A stretch of DNA of 64,000 bases from Botryllus schlosseri (taxonomy: Eukaryota), in NCBI GenBank assembly GCA_051294905.1, contig CM119372.1:35838001-35902000 (forward strand). Reading direction: 5' to 3'. A program made the translations under genes and the position numbers. The notes under the pieces are model-generated. The model saw only the letters and a program-made list of their open reading frames with translations. It searched no databases and was not told the origin of the DNA. Of the stretch, positions 50,809 through 64,000 are shown piece after piece; position 1 is the first letter of the stretch, and each line of letters starts with the position of its first letter.

Positions 50809-53043
50809 TTATATCGTAACTTGGCAACATATACCTTAACCCTCTTCATCGCGCAAATGTTATATGAGGAAATATGCGGATGATTATACACCGCACTGCG
50901 TCTGATAAAAGGCCGTTTAATAATATTGGAAGTGATATCAGGCAATTGGTAAATTTATCCCCGTTATCAACGCATCAAATAAGCAATCCGAACTTTCATT
51001 TAAAACAGTGATTTTATATTGGCACGTTCGGTCAGCAATTACTCATATCGTTCGCTACTTCGGCATTATGTCAGGCTATATACCTTTGCCTCTGCGGCAT
51101 GCGCTATTTCAACGCCTGCTTGATCGCCTATATACACAGAACGCCAACTGTTGGGTGCAAAGATGCTGATAATAACATTTGCTGAAGCATTTACGAACCA
51201 CGGATCAGTGCATCCAAATTAATGTAGTGATCGAAACAATTTTAGGATGGATAAATATTGTAAAAATGGTGAGTTGTGTTGGCAGCAAGAGCTCAGACCT
51301 TTACATCGCAGGTATCGCCGGTCGCTGCTGTCGCATTTAGTCCGCATATGTAAATTGTAATGATAATGTGATCATGACACTATTGGATACTGACCAATAC
51401 CGTTATCGACCATTAAAATAGACATGAGCTGGAACGATGCATGGGACTATAGAAGATTGGCAGTACTAATATGACATATCACGTCGCTTACAATTATAGG
51501 TGCTCACTGCTCACTGGTGCTAATATGTTGATTGAAACAATTAATCGCATGGCTCTGGATACGTACAAGCTGAAGCTACAACCGTTAGTTTTAATGCTAT
51601 GCTGGCTGTAGCATCGTAGGCGCGTTACGATCGTTATCAATCTGGAGATATGAGTTAGAACAGTATTGAATCGTTCCTACTTTTACCAATGTGTCGCAAG
51701 TTCATGATCTTTTGAAGTAAAACAGTCAAATAATCATTCATATTACTTTTCCGCAGCCTTTTCGTACCACAATCGGACTCACGGATGCTGAAAAGCTTCG
51801 TATAGTCGAGCACCATAATAGCATGCGCCAACGGACTTATTCGTCCGACATGCGTTATATGGTATGTGAAGTAAAATTACACGGTCGCGATTACGTAAAT
51901 CAACACGGCATATTAAATTTACAGACGTGGGACGGCGAATTAGCGTGGGTAGCTGAATCATACGGGATAAGGTGTCGTTTTCGAGGTAATAAGCGCAGAC
52001 GACATTCGGAATTCGCGAGGTAAGTTCTGGAGTCGTGATGTGTGATATTTTGCTGGCGGCATATTGTACAAGCATTTAATAACGAAAATTGTATGCGGTC
52101 ACATTGATAGCTGCTGATCGAGGAATGCTAATATTTAAAACCGGTATTGACACTAAATATTTAGGTAACATCAATGCTCATTCAGTGATGTATCGGTAAG
52201 CATGTTTCTCATACTGTAATCTGGGAATAGATCGTCTTGGTAGAGAAGGGCATTTACGTATCGAAGGTATGTTCAAAAATCCGTGTGTTACAATTGACAG
52301 ACATGAATGCATGCAAAAGCCTGACTTACGTCACGATTTCAAACCCTTTTATGAAATTCGTTGATCTAGATTTCTCGTCTACGTAATATACGTCTAGTGT
52401 TTTACGTACCTTAGATATGCTTTGTTTTGATTATTTTACAATACCAACCATTAATTACCCAACAGCAATATTTCAGAAAATGATAATAATGTGAAAATGA
52501 CGTCGCCTTGACGTGAGAGGTACCGTAACAAAGTGATTCATCGTCAGGTGGTGTAAATATAATTCACTAGAGCACGGTTTGAAATGTAAACTTTAAAAAT
52601 ATAATCTTAATCCAATGGCAAATCATGATTCGATTGTGAAACTGTATGTAATCAACTACGTATAGTAGTACTAGTCATTGTTCTTTGTAAACGATGAACT
52701 TTATTCAAGTGGTCTTATGCAAACCAATACCATCAACACTCGACATACTGTATTTTTATGTTAGTATTGTCTAAGCTACGATATCAGTTAATCTACGGCC
52801 GTTGCACCGATAGCGGTATCATCACACTGCTGAGATGTGGAATGTGACACTGTTTAGCCTATGTCTTGTGCCAATACTGCGCTTATTCATGTCAGAAGGA
52901 CTTTGTAAAGGTTACGAGTGTAGGATAAACGGTTCGTGCCCTTCTTTGACTTCCGATATGGATATTGCTTGCGTGGTGTATTCGGTTTTATGGATGTATC
53001 GTTGTGGTACATGAATTACAGTCGACCAACGTGTTTCTCTTAG

Positions 53044-53650
53044 GTATGTACACGACAATCAGTACCTTGTAGCTGACCTGCTTTGGTTTTGTATTTGCGA
53101 GTGATACCAGTTGGTGATCTAACACGATATATATATAAACAGGTACGCAATTTCATTCAACAAAATCCATGACATATATCACGACACTAATATGCTATTC
53201 CAGGTCATTACTGAACAATTATTACACTCTAAAAGCTATAATTGTATAAGAATGAAGTGCCGTTAAAAATCACTCAGCTTTATCAAAACAAAACATTAGT
53301 ATTAACAAATTAACGTCATTGCTTGCTTTCAACTTAATTAGTCCACCATAGCACGGATGGTGATGGTTAGCTTATGTAGCTCATAGATATCGCAACCATG
53401 CTTATGATGATAGTTTTACCCAGTTAAATTAATAGTCGTCAAGTTACTTGAATGCGGGGAGTCAGCAGTATTTCGGAAGTCGGCCAAACCACAACAAGCG
53501 TTCGAACACTTGTAGCGAACCAACGTCAGTATTGTGCCACCTCTGGTCACTGTTATGTACTGTACAATGTACATTGTAGCTTGAATTTACTCTCACGGTG
53601 CTGCGGAAATAATATGGGGCAAAACCTTTATTCATTTATCGATCTATTTT
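53044..53650 (+). repeat. Diverged ~600-bp direct repeat, copy 1 (copy 2 at ~62108-62700)
   Basis: Shared blocks ACAATCAGTACCTTGTAGCTGACCTG and TTTTACCCAGTTAAATTAATAGTCGTCAAGTTACTTGAATGCGGGGAGTCAGCA. Confidence 0.88.
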
Positions 53651-55565
53651 GCAGCGTTGGCGAGAATATGTACGCGATGACGTACACAAAGAAGTTCAAT
53701 GTTTCAAGCGCTATGGAAGCATGGCATAAGGAAATGCAGAATTTTCATTATTACTCGGGTACATGTAGGAAGGACACAATGTGTTCCAATTTCACGCAGG
53801 TATGCAGAAAGTAAGCAATAACCGTGCCCGTAAATTCCACATCGTACTCAAAATGGTTCAATGCTTTCGGGACTAATTGCACAAATACAAACGAATGGAC
53901 GTCCTTATCAAGAATAATTACTTTGATTGATTACAGTGTAAGACGTTGTAAAGGTCAAATATCTTGCTGTCGCAGAACCTAGAATAACCTGAAAATCTCT
54001 CTCGTCGATTGGTGATTTGAATGGACGTACAAATGACACGGCTTCTTTTCGTTTCCTAGATGATCTGGGCGCAAACTTACAAAGTCGGATGCGCTCTAAC
54101 TCAATGTCAGTTCATATCTGGAATATCTCTGAGAAACGGTTTACTATTCATATGCAACTATGCGCCAAGGTTTGGATTCGTAATTACATTGCGCTTGCTT
54201 TTATAGCTATATGAGCAGTGAGCACTTGAGAAGTTGGCACTCCCACTACAATGCTGCGAATAAGTCGCTCCATATAATACACATATTCCATTCCTGTTAC
54301 TGTTATATCAGCGCATCCATACGCCTTACCAGCAATGCGCAGGAACAGTCAGTAATGTAATTTTACAGGATTCGAAATATATTGCCGTGTCGGTGCTAAG
54401 TGGTACCAATATTAGCTATCATACGACTCTGATTTCGCAGGTTCCTAACAATATTCCCATAGGAGAAAACGGCAAAGCTTCTTTGTAGTAGCCGAGCCGT
54501 AACAGAACGGTTGTGCTACTGTTATGCGGTCCAATAGTAACATTTTATCAGTGAAATATGTATTGTTTCGATACTTTATTGTCATCGTTTGAGCATCGAA
54601 AACTCGATATACCATAACTCAGCAATTCGGCTCATAAAGATAAGATACATATAGTGCAAATATACGTGATTCAAGATTTGTTTGATCGACTGTCGCTATA
54701 GTCACAATCACAATGGTCACAAGTACTGCAAAATAGCCTTGGTCCAGAAATACGAAGTTATTTTGGATGGCGTGCAACGGGCATCATCTTCCTTGTAGTC
54801 GCTTCAAGTCATTATTACTGTTTTGACGTCATACAAGGTAGTCAGGTGCTCGGTTTTGTACAGCTCTAAACATTGTTCGGCAACCTCTGGCCCGTGACAC
54901 AAATTTCATTAGTCCTGTAAGAATTGGAATTATTCGTTTCGGTGCCCTCTTCGTGCTTAGATCTTTTAATTCGCGCGTCGACATGTGTGTGTGCAACAAT
55001 TAAACATTTGGAATGGGTTTTACGGTTGGGTTCCAAATTTCTAATCAACCATTAACCTCTGCCTTTTAGATTGCCAACTTGAGCTATATGAGGTGCTCTT
55101 TGTTCATTATGTAATTATGGATCAGTGACGTAATGATATTGTTGGATTATTTCATATACAGTCGGGCGAAAACGATGCCAATTGATCGGATATCAGTCGA
55201 TCCTTCATACGTGTCCCAACTCACATTTCTGAAGTCCTTTTTCCACCGTCAGAACTGAATAGTGTTCTGTTGGTTCTCTCATGAAATATTGCCTCTCAAC
55301 ACAGCGGTAACATCGTTGAGGCGAACGGGAAATTTCAAAGAGCGTACGAACGTGGACACGCGTGTAGTCGGTGCGAGAAAGCGGATTACTGCAGGCGGAA
55401 ACTGTGTGGTGAGTAGAGTTTTCAGAGTTGATTTAAAAATGTCCGGGGCAAGCTCGAAAACTAGATATCGCATGGTCCATCGCACATTTCCGGTGACATC
55501 TACCGTTCTCACATGCCTTGTTCAATGAGTGTTAGGGATGGTGCGAACCCTAAAAATGTTGTCGT

Positions 55566-55588
55566 GAGAGGGAGAGAGAGAGAGAGAT
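55566..55588 (+). repeat. (GA)n microsatellite
   Basis: gagagggagagagagagagagat. Confidence 0.85.
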
Positions 55589-55644
55589 ATGGTATTCTTT
55601 TTCGCCTGCACCATCGAGATGCTTTGACGACGGAGATGCGATAC

Positions 55645-55826
55645 GGCCTTTATAGTAAGGTCATCTAGTCAGCACCCCCGGTTTTTTCTCCTCCATGCTA
55701 TCCGTGATTGCTGAGCGCCTAGCAGGATAGCCGCGGATACCAGTTTTCGAGTCTTTGGTCTGACCCGGTCGGGGATCGAACCCACGACCTACCGATCGAG
55801 GAGCCGGACGCACAACCATTACACTA
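55645..55826 (-). mobile_element. tRNA-derived SINE, family 2
   Basis: Minus strand has A-box-like TAGTGTAATGG, B box GGTTCGATCCC, then CGGGTCAGACCAAAGACTCGAAAACTGGTATCC..GCGCTCAGCA, a body motif typical of invertebrate tRNA-SINEs. Confidence 0.8.
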
Positions 55827-56374
55827 TTAACATTTATATAAGATTCGTTGTGAGCACCAAAGCGAACATATGTCACCATAATGCAAATTAAACATAAATC
55901 ATTTTTGCTTTCCTGTCTGCGCCATTACCTGTATTAGATATAGTCATTGATGAGAGTATTCTTGGTGTCATTCAAAAGATGTCACTCAGTACATGCGGAC
56001 TGGAGCGAATTCTACCACCATGCGGGTGTTTTGGCAATTTCACTCATATAAGTGGTGCAAGCTCATCTCAGACCCAATGTATACTTTTCAACAAGTCTAG
56101 TGTAAGACGAATTCGAAATAATATAAAATCATAACCGCATGAATAAGTAGTGCAAAGAGACAAAATCTACATAAGTTCTTCGAAAACGTAGATGTACTTC
56201 ATTACTGCTCATATCTGAGAATAACACAACCAGAATGACAACAGAGTGCTGGATCTATTTGTATTCTTCTCTAAACTGAGACAACATTCCTTCTCGGACT
56301 TTATGCGCAAATCTTCCATAGTAATTACCCGAGACACAATCCGCAATTGATGACGTCTGGCTCGGCGCAATTAG

Positions 56375-56885
56375 TAGGGCTGGGCAAAATCGAGTATCTG
56401 AATCTGAGTGATTCGATTCTGAATCACGTAATACGCTTCGAGCCGAGTGGAGTATCGCTCATTATGACGTCACAACAGAATGTACTATGTCAAAGTTCAA
56501 ATATGTACCTTTTCTGCCACCACAAAGAACATAATACGTGTCGGCCGTCGCATTAAAGATACTTTGGTATTTTTTCGACCATACCGATTTCATTGCAATT
56601 CTTGACAATGTTGTGGGATGATGATGAGTAGGAAATGTGTTTATTTCCAGTAACGTTCGTAGCTTTGTGCTATGTCTCGTATGCTGCGACACGGCCGATC
56701 AAGGTTTCAAGGCTTCCTCAGTGAAATGTATTATCAAAACTACAATTCTCCTCATTAAATTAACTTTCAGTGACGGGAAGCGTATAATTTCAGTACTCGA
56801 AAAAATCGTCTTTTACTTCTCGACTCGAATCATTAAAATTAATGCTCGTTTCAGATTCGAGTACTCGAATCATTGTGCCTATAGT
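56375..56885. mobile_element. Degenerate MITE with CGAGTA/TACTCGA motifs
   Basis: Starts TAGGGCTGGGCAAAATCGAGTA; the right end has GAGTACTCGAATCATTGTGCC; TSD unclear. Confidence 0.5.
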
Positions 56886-56956
56886 TCTCGTAATTAGCCG
56901 CAGCACGATAATCCAGCGCGTATCGCTAATTATTATCGTTAGTACTTTGACTAGAG

Positions 56957-58763
56957 CAGTGGTTCCCAACCTTTTTGTCTTCATTCCCCACTTCAGACTT
57001 ATTCCGAGCCTTCATTCCCCACTACCCAAAACTTTTGTCATTACGGAGCGGCTATTTGCTTGTTTGAGTACACAAGACACGCAACCAAACCTGTGCGCAA
57101 GAAAATCGCCTATAAGTGCAACATAAAGCTATTGTGAACCGATACCGGTAACCGCCAAAATTTAGCGCAAGCGGTACATTTCAAGTCATTCTGGTCACAC
57201 TGCATGCGTTTGTGACGTCATCATTGGTTATCCAGAGTTAAAAATTCGTTTTTGTGAACAACACGCTATGTAATTTTCGATGCATACATTCCAGAGCAGT
57301 TAACTGGTAACCAGGGCCGTATAACAGCACTTCGTCAGGCCCCCCCCCCGAAACGTTGGCCGTGGGCCCCCCATAGGGTGATAAACCTAACTTCTGGGGG
57401 GCTTCGCCCCCCAGACCCCCCGTTTGGCTGGCCGCTTTTTGACGCTATTTTACATCTGAATTGGGTGTCCGTTAGGTGAATCAGCTTTTCCCGCCTAGAC
57501 GCGCGAAGCGCGAAAAATTTCAGAAAATCATGATTGAATCAGGCAATATGATCGGGAATTACATATATATTGCTATCAATTTTGATCCTCTCCCTGCTCA
57601 CGTAATCACATTTACCGGTAGAGCTGAGCGAGGTATGTTTTAAAACGTAGTTCCGCCCAATAATAATTAGACATCTTCGGGCGTATACCCGTTGGCAGGA
57701 ACGAAACAGCACTTCGTCAGCCTCGCCCCCCCCACAAAAACTTGGGTTTGGGGGTCTCATAGGGTGATAAACCGACCCCCTCATCACAGTGTTCGCTTTT
57801 GCCACGAACTTAGCTGCACCCTGCACTGTTTAGTGAGCCAGCTCGAAGCGCGAAAATTTTCGATAATTCATGATACAATCGGTCAATAAGATCGGGAATT
57901 GCAAATATATTGCTATCAATATCTTGTCCTCTCTGCTCACGTTATCAGATTTACCGGAAACTGTAGGGCCCGTAAATAATAATTAAACATCTTCGGGCAG
58001 CCGGACCCGTTGGTATGACTTCGTTACATGATTTTATTTCGTGACGTCCTGTCTGCTATATCAAACATATAGAATCGCTCAAACGTACCAAACTAAAAGA
58101 CGCACACGATTTCAAATTGTGATTTCTTCACAGGCATACATTTTTTTCCTGCTGGATGGTATTTGTCTTCTGAGGTTCAGATTGCCAAGACAGGAAGCAA
58201 CATATGGCGCCAGTCATATAGGCGCCTATGGACAATTAAACCTAATATTTTGTATATATAACGAAGTTTTCGGTCTGCGTAAGGGCAGTCTGTTTCGGCC
58301 AAGATTTTCGCGCTGCCGATCGTTCTGGCACACTTCTTGGAGTCGCATGTAATAAGTCCTAAATCGTTATATATCTTGGTGCGTAGTGGCGTATTAATGG
58401 CCAACGCCGATATGTCCATTTCTATAAATCTTGCGTGTTTTTTCTTGGGGGAAGAGTACCAAATAATCAAGATTTCTGGCAACTTTAAATCGCGCCCTGC
58501 GCGAAAAATTTTGGAAAAAATTGCATAAATTTTCAAAAAATATTCTATAATTTATGCTAATTCACGAAATAATTTGGGGCCCCCTTCGAGCTCGGGCCCC
58601 CCCCCAATTGGGGGGTTTGGGGTGCGGCAGTTACGGTGCTGCTGGTAACGGTTATTGCACATGTGTCTCCGTAAATAAGTAGACTGTGCTGTATATAACG
58701 TTTAACAAATGCGTCTAATCCCCACCAGAAACCATTAAATTCCCCACCGTTTGGGAATCACTG
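56957..58763. mobile_element. hAT/Charlie-like MITE, family X
   Basis: TIR CAGTG(G/A)TTCCCAA; perfect TSD GACTAGAG. Confidence 0.9.
57312..58641. mobile_element. Family Y TIR element nested in family X
   Basis: Ends CAGGGCCGTA / TTACGGTGCTG; perfect TSD CTGGTAAC. Confidence 0.87.
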
Positions 58764-61050
58764 GACTAGAGGGTTATTATTGGGTTTATGAATTATCACT
58801 TATTGACCATTCAACTTTTACCGTCCAAACTGTTCACAGCTTAGATTCTTTCAAGAACCGTTTGCTAACACGAACCTCTGAATTATCGAACGTGACCATA
58901 ACATTCACACCACCTCAAGTATGTAAATATATGCGCATACGAAGCTCAATCGTTATCGGTAAAAGTGGGAAAAGGGAAACATTGAAGACATTAGATCCAC
59001 TTCTGATGTTGCTTAAATCTCTTCGCTCTTTCATTGCTGAAATACAACAATAATATTACGGCGATGTGATAATTGTCTCTCATATTTCAGCGAATCCAAA
59101 TAGAGATATTTTACCTCCGCCGCCGGATATACCAGGTGAGTAAAGCTGATATTTGAGATCCTGTCGCATGTCATTCATGAATGCTATAATATCCGTGTTG
59201 CGTTCTTTACGCCACCACGATTTACACCTAGAGGTAATTTGAGCAATCTTCTCACGAGGTTACTGTGACCCCGAAGCTCATCGATTAGGAACCGCTGATA
59301 GAGGTCAGCAATTGCTAATGACGCAATAACGATGTAATAAACACTGATGTACTTCCTCAATTGCTTCTGCACAGCGTGGAGCAGATAGGGTAATGATGGT
59401 GTTCTAATCTTACTTGCATCGCTATGCAGACATTACGAACTGGTTATAATTTTTACCATAGACTTCGAATTCATTATAATACAAACGCTACGAGAGTAAG
59501 CTATTGGCGAAATTGATTTCATACTTCCGAATTTTAAACCGGTTATAACTTAATAATATTGGCACTTGGCAGTATGCTGTGTATTAGGAATGAATGAACA
59601 CAACGTGCCGTATTTCGTTATTGCGCTCGACTGAGGGATGCGTATTTTATTTTAGTGGGCCATCAAAACTGACAGTCCTTTGGCGGTTTTGATGCTGGTT
59701 GTACTGTCCGTGTTAATTCTGGGTCAAGTGGTCTTGGAAGTCGAAGATAATGTCGTAAAAATCATTCAATTCGTTACAACAATGATCCGATCAAGGCACT
59801 TTCTTTGTGTGTAATCATTGGTTCGTGCAGTGAAACTTCATATGTATATTATCCCCAACGCATGCTAAAAATGGGATTGCTCCGCAGTCAATAAAATTGC
59901 TTACATTGGATTTAAGATTACAAATAGCCACGAGGCAATCATTATGTATTCACCCCCTCAATTGTTCTGAATTGGAAACGAGAGTTTATAGTAACTTCGT
60001 TGGTTTATTATACTTTCGGCGCGCCGTTTCATGTCGCAAGCATCATTACAGATTTTTAAGTGGATTACACGCTGAGCGAGTCATAAAACGTACCGGTAAA
60101 TAGTCGCAAATAATTCCTGATCTCTCGCAAGATCAATAGGGATCTGAATGAACGGGGTTTAATTGATGCAAATGTGCTTAGGATAACTGGACTAAATATA
60201 CTTTGAAAGTAATATTCCACGGTCGCCGTAATCTGTTTACTTTCTCTCATCCCGAGATTTCATATAAATGAGATTGGTGTTGTGGCTTGCGGAGGCACGC
60301 ACCATTAATTCGACGTGGACATTTGTAATCGCGAGTGTATAGATTAGTAATTGGAGTAAAGAGTCGGATTTGACCCTGCAATGCCGAATGGCGATCGCTT
60401 TTTTATCTATCGTTATTAAACGTGGTGCAAATCGCCTTGTTATCGGAGCAAAAGTATCATCACTTTACGTCTGGTAATTTCTGTGAAGTTATAATAAACA
60501 CGTGCGTTAAATTAATATTTTCTGTTACATATGTAATACGTACGTACGAAAAAATATCAATTTAAACAATGCATAATTTCACAAAATGGATAGCAGGTTT
60601 GTATCGTTTTACAGAGATCATTCATTTGAAATTGGGATAATATAATGCATCTCGATCGCTTCTAAAATAACTTCACTTTGTACAACTATAGGTACTATAC
60701 CAGGGTCGCAGATAGCTTGTATCGGCAGCAATTATATAGGACACTAGAACAATGGTTCTTAAACTTATCATACCGCGACCCAAATCTGAGTTTTATTGAC
60801 TTCTCGCGACCCAAGCCTCGCACGTCGAAATAATGTAATATTCATGTTATTACGCCACGTTTTTACGGTCATTTACGAAACAGAAAGGCGCAGACAACCA
60901 CTTGTACGCAACGCAGTTCTGAGTAACATTTATGACGCGCGCGATTTTAAATTGGCGATTAATGGGGATTATTCTGTGCCGTCCATTTCGACGACGGGGC
61001 ATATCAATATAAAAGGATTTAGCAAACCATGGACGGTCATTTGAATATAG

Positions 61051-61983
61051 GGTTGCCGGTGAACCCAGCCCTCGGTAAACCCAGCCTTACAAACCCAGCC
61101 CTCGGTAAACCCAGCCCTCGGTGAACTCGGTCCTTGGGAAATTTTGTATTCACGGATTGAGTAAGCGGGGGAGATAACGCGACGCTCACATACTCTACTT
61201 GTTTGTTTCGTGGTATTCATGGTGTTTCTCGAATACTATGGACCTCGGTGAATTCCGCCCCCGGACAATTTTGAATTAAAGCTGGGAGCTGGGATATTAG
61301 GGTTGGCGGAGGTAGGATATTAGGGTTGGTGGAGGTGGGATATTAGGGTTGGAGGAGGTGGGATATTAGGGTTGCCGGAAGTGGGATATTAGGGTTGGGG
61401 GAGGGGGGATATTAGGATTGGGGGAGGTGGGATATTAGGGTTGGTGGAGGGGGATATTAGGGTTGGGGGGGGGGGGGGATATTAGGGTTGCCGGATGTGG
61501 GATATTAGGGTTGCCGGAGGTGGGATATTAGGGTTGCCGGGGGTGGGATATTAGGGTTGGGGGAGGGGGATATTAGGGTTGCCGGAGGTGGGATATTAGG
61601 GTTGCCGGAGGTGGGTTATTAGGGTTGCCGGGGGTGGGATATTAGGGTTGGGGGAGGGGGATATTAGGGTTGCCGGTGAATACAAAATTTCCCGAGGGCC
61701 GGGTTCACCGAGGGCCGAGTTTGTAAGGCCGCGCTTGGCGCTTGCGCAATCGTGATCACGTGATCTGATCACGCCGTGACTGCGTAATCTACGCATGCCC
61801 TGACCTCCTTACAAGATCGACAAATCAGTTGATAATAACATTATTAGTTTAATAATTCATAATAATACTTGTTAATACACTTAATTACAAAAGTTCCCGA
61901 GGGCCGAGTTCACCGAGGGCTGGGTTTACCGAGGGCTGGGTTTGTAAGGCTGGGTTTACCGAGGGCTGGGTTCACTGGTAATC
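61051..61983. mobile_element. Foldback-type element with ~100-bp modular TIRs and an internal minisatellite
   Basis: Arms built from AACCCAGCCCTCGGT(A/G)A repeats; ends GGTTGCCGGTGAACCC / GGGTTCACTGGTAATC; direct flanks GAATATAG (61043-61050, 61984-61991). Confidence 0.85.
61291..61677 (+). repeat. G-rich minisatellite, 17 units of ~22-23 bp, each built around TTAGGG (one unit has TTAGGA)
   Basis: Consensus GGGATATTAGGGTTG(CC/GG)GGAGGT. Confidence 0.95.
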
Positions 61984-62107
61984 GAATATAGAGCCAAGGT
62001 TTTTATTGCCCTCGATTTTTTGGGGAAAACGCGCTTTCCCCATTCACATGTTGCCAAAACTTCATATCTTCTGGTGCGGAAGGGGGTCGGACGGAAATAC
62101 ATGAGAA

Positions 62108-62700
62108 GTATGTGCACCACAATCAGTACCTTGTAGCTGACCTGGTTTTGTCTTGTATTTGTGAGTGATACTGGTGATCTGACGCGATATATATATAAAT
62201 AGGTACGCAATTTGATTCAACAAAATCCATGACAAACATCACCGCACTAATTTGCTATTCTAGGTCAATACTGAACAATTATTCCACTCTAAAATCTATA
62301 ATTATATACTGCTGAAGTGCCTTTGAACAGCGCTCAGGTATACCAAAACAAAATATTAGTATTAACAAATTAACATGATTGTTTGTTTTCAACTTGGCTA
62401 ATCCACATAGTACAGATGGTGATGATTAGCCTATGTAATCTATACGTAGCACAACTAAGCTTATGATGATTGTTTTACCCAGTTAAATTAATAGTCGTCA
62501 AGTTACTTGAATGCGGGGAGTCAGCACTATTTCGGAAGTCGGCCGAAGCAGAAGCGTTCGAACACTTGTAGCGAACCAATTTCCGAATTGTGTCACCCAC
62601 TGGTCACTGTACTGTACATCGTAGTTTCAATTTACTATCTCACTGCTGCGGGAAGAACATGGGGCCAAATCTTTTATTCATTTATTCGGTCTATTTTTGC
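62108..62700 (+). repeat. Diverged ~600-bp direct repeat, copy 2
   Basis: Collinear with 53044-53650. Confidence 0.88.
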
Positions 62701-63029
62701 AGATAAATCCACGATTAAATACGTTGTAACGATCGCTGTGTTATCGTGCGTTGTAGTTGCCTTACTCCTTTTCATTGTGGCGCGCCACTTTCATTTAACG
62801 ATTCCGTGCGATGATTTCAAGACAACATTTACGAGAAGGTAAGATTCGAAGAAGTCAAGTTTCATATTGCTTGGTCTGATTGGAAGTTGCCAATATATTA
62901 ATTACCAGCAGCAGATACGTTTAGTAAACATTACTTGTGAGCTGTATTCCCGTCGTTATGCTTTCAGACTGATTGACTTTTACTTAAAGTTTTCTTCGGT
63001 CCGACTTCTTACCTTTTATCACTTATTAT

Positions 63030-63893
63030 TAGGGCAAGTTTTTGTAACTTTTGCAACTTTTTTACAGCATCCGACAGCTTCCTAGATACTCAGAATTTAT
63101 GTACTACGATGTTTTAAGCTGTTTGAAGGGATTTTACAGTGCAACTATTTGCAACTTTTCCCTTCCCTTTTTCATGTCAATTTCTACTGAAACTTTTACC
63201 AAATATTGCGGTAAAACATGGTACCAAAAATCAACTATTTCTAGTATGGTTCTATTCTCTTTGATTTGCAAAACAAAGAGCAATATGATGGGTTAGCTGC
63301 ATCTCACTGTTATCTATAACACAATGGCTTGCAAGCAAGAAGTTCAACTACCCCTGCCAACGACCGTGCCCGAACAATATGTAAATAGTTCGCTTCAATT
63401 CTGTCGTTTGAATTCGAATTAGTTTCCCATTTCACGAACGCCCAGACGAAACTGCCGAAAATTACATTTTCACTGAGTCACCTTTTTCAGGCTATTGCTT
63501 TTGTTAAAGTCACCGAGAGTGAGTTTTCCTGTAATGCCTTGGGTCAGGTTTGCAGACCTAGGGGGCTTGGGGTGTGTTATTTGACTTGTTTTAGGGGGGG
63601 GGGGTTACAGCTATGCTGTTTGGCTCTTTAGGTGAAATTATTCCAGCATTGCGTAATTTTCTTGCTATGTGCCGCAGAAAATGTAGTTTTGGGAGGTTTC
63701 GCCAGACCGAGCGTTACATGGCCATTAAATAACAAATTTGACAGCTCTGCGGGAACTAGGTTATACAACGGAACCTTCCGAGTATGTCATACCCTAATAA
63801 TTCAAAAAATATATATATGCAACTTTTTACTGCAGCTTTTGTTAAAATTCAATGAAACTTTCTCGCGAATTAGTGCAGCAAAAGCTTGCCCTA
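63030..63893 (-). mobile_element. AAGTTGC-repeat non-autonomous TIR element, uninterrupted copy
   Basis: TIR TAGGGCAAG(T/C)TTTTG; TSD CTTATTAT/CCTATTAT. Confidence 0.85.
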
Positions 63894-64000
63894 CCTATTA
63901 TTTAAAATACTGAAGATTTTTAGAATATCCAATTTTTGGCGGAGGCGTGGCCTGTAACGTACGTGTTGTAGGCAGAACTGATCAGCAACAAAGTACTTCT

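Noticed and set aside
61291..61677. Telomere or interstitial telomeric array
   Set aside because: TTAGGG occurs singly within 22-23-bp units inside a TIR element, not as (TTAGGG)n.

Overview
This is eukaryotic (metazoan) DNA, AT-rich and dominated by transposable elements. A marine invertebrate such as an ascidian is my guess from gene content and is not established. One host gene can be read: a minus-strand, 5'-incomplete gene with Cys-rich EB-like modules and a C-terminal SUEL/rhamnose-binding lectin domain (five exons, 14197-30417). Elements with coding remnants are: (1) a 5'-truncated Penelope-like retroelement (RT thumb + GIY-YIG) with an inverted duplicate, each arm carrying a minimal hammerhead ribozyme; (2) a 6.8-kb CACTA/EnSpm element with an internally deleted zinc-finger transposase, a 9-exon SAMD3-like accessory gene and a tandem array rich in p53-type half-sites; (3) an I-group LINE remnant; (4) several hAT derivatives. 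The rest holds tRNA-derived SINEs and many TIR elements with readable 8-bp target-site duplications (TSDs), nested up to five layers deep. Other notable items are two apparently identical 1596-bp hAT elements inserted independently as an inverted pair, 36-49-bp hairpin insertions with their own TSDs, and a foldback element with a TTAGGG-containing G-rich minisatellite. All coordinates were read by eye, and family names come from motif recognition, not database searches.
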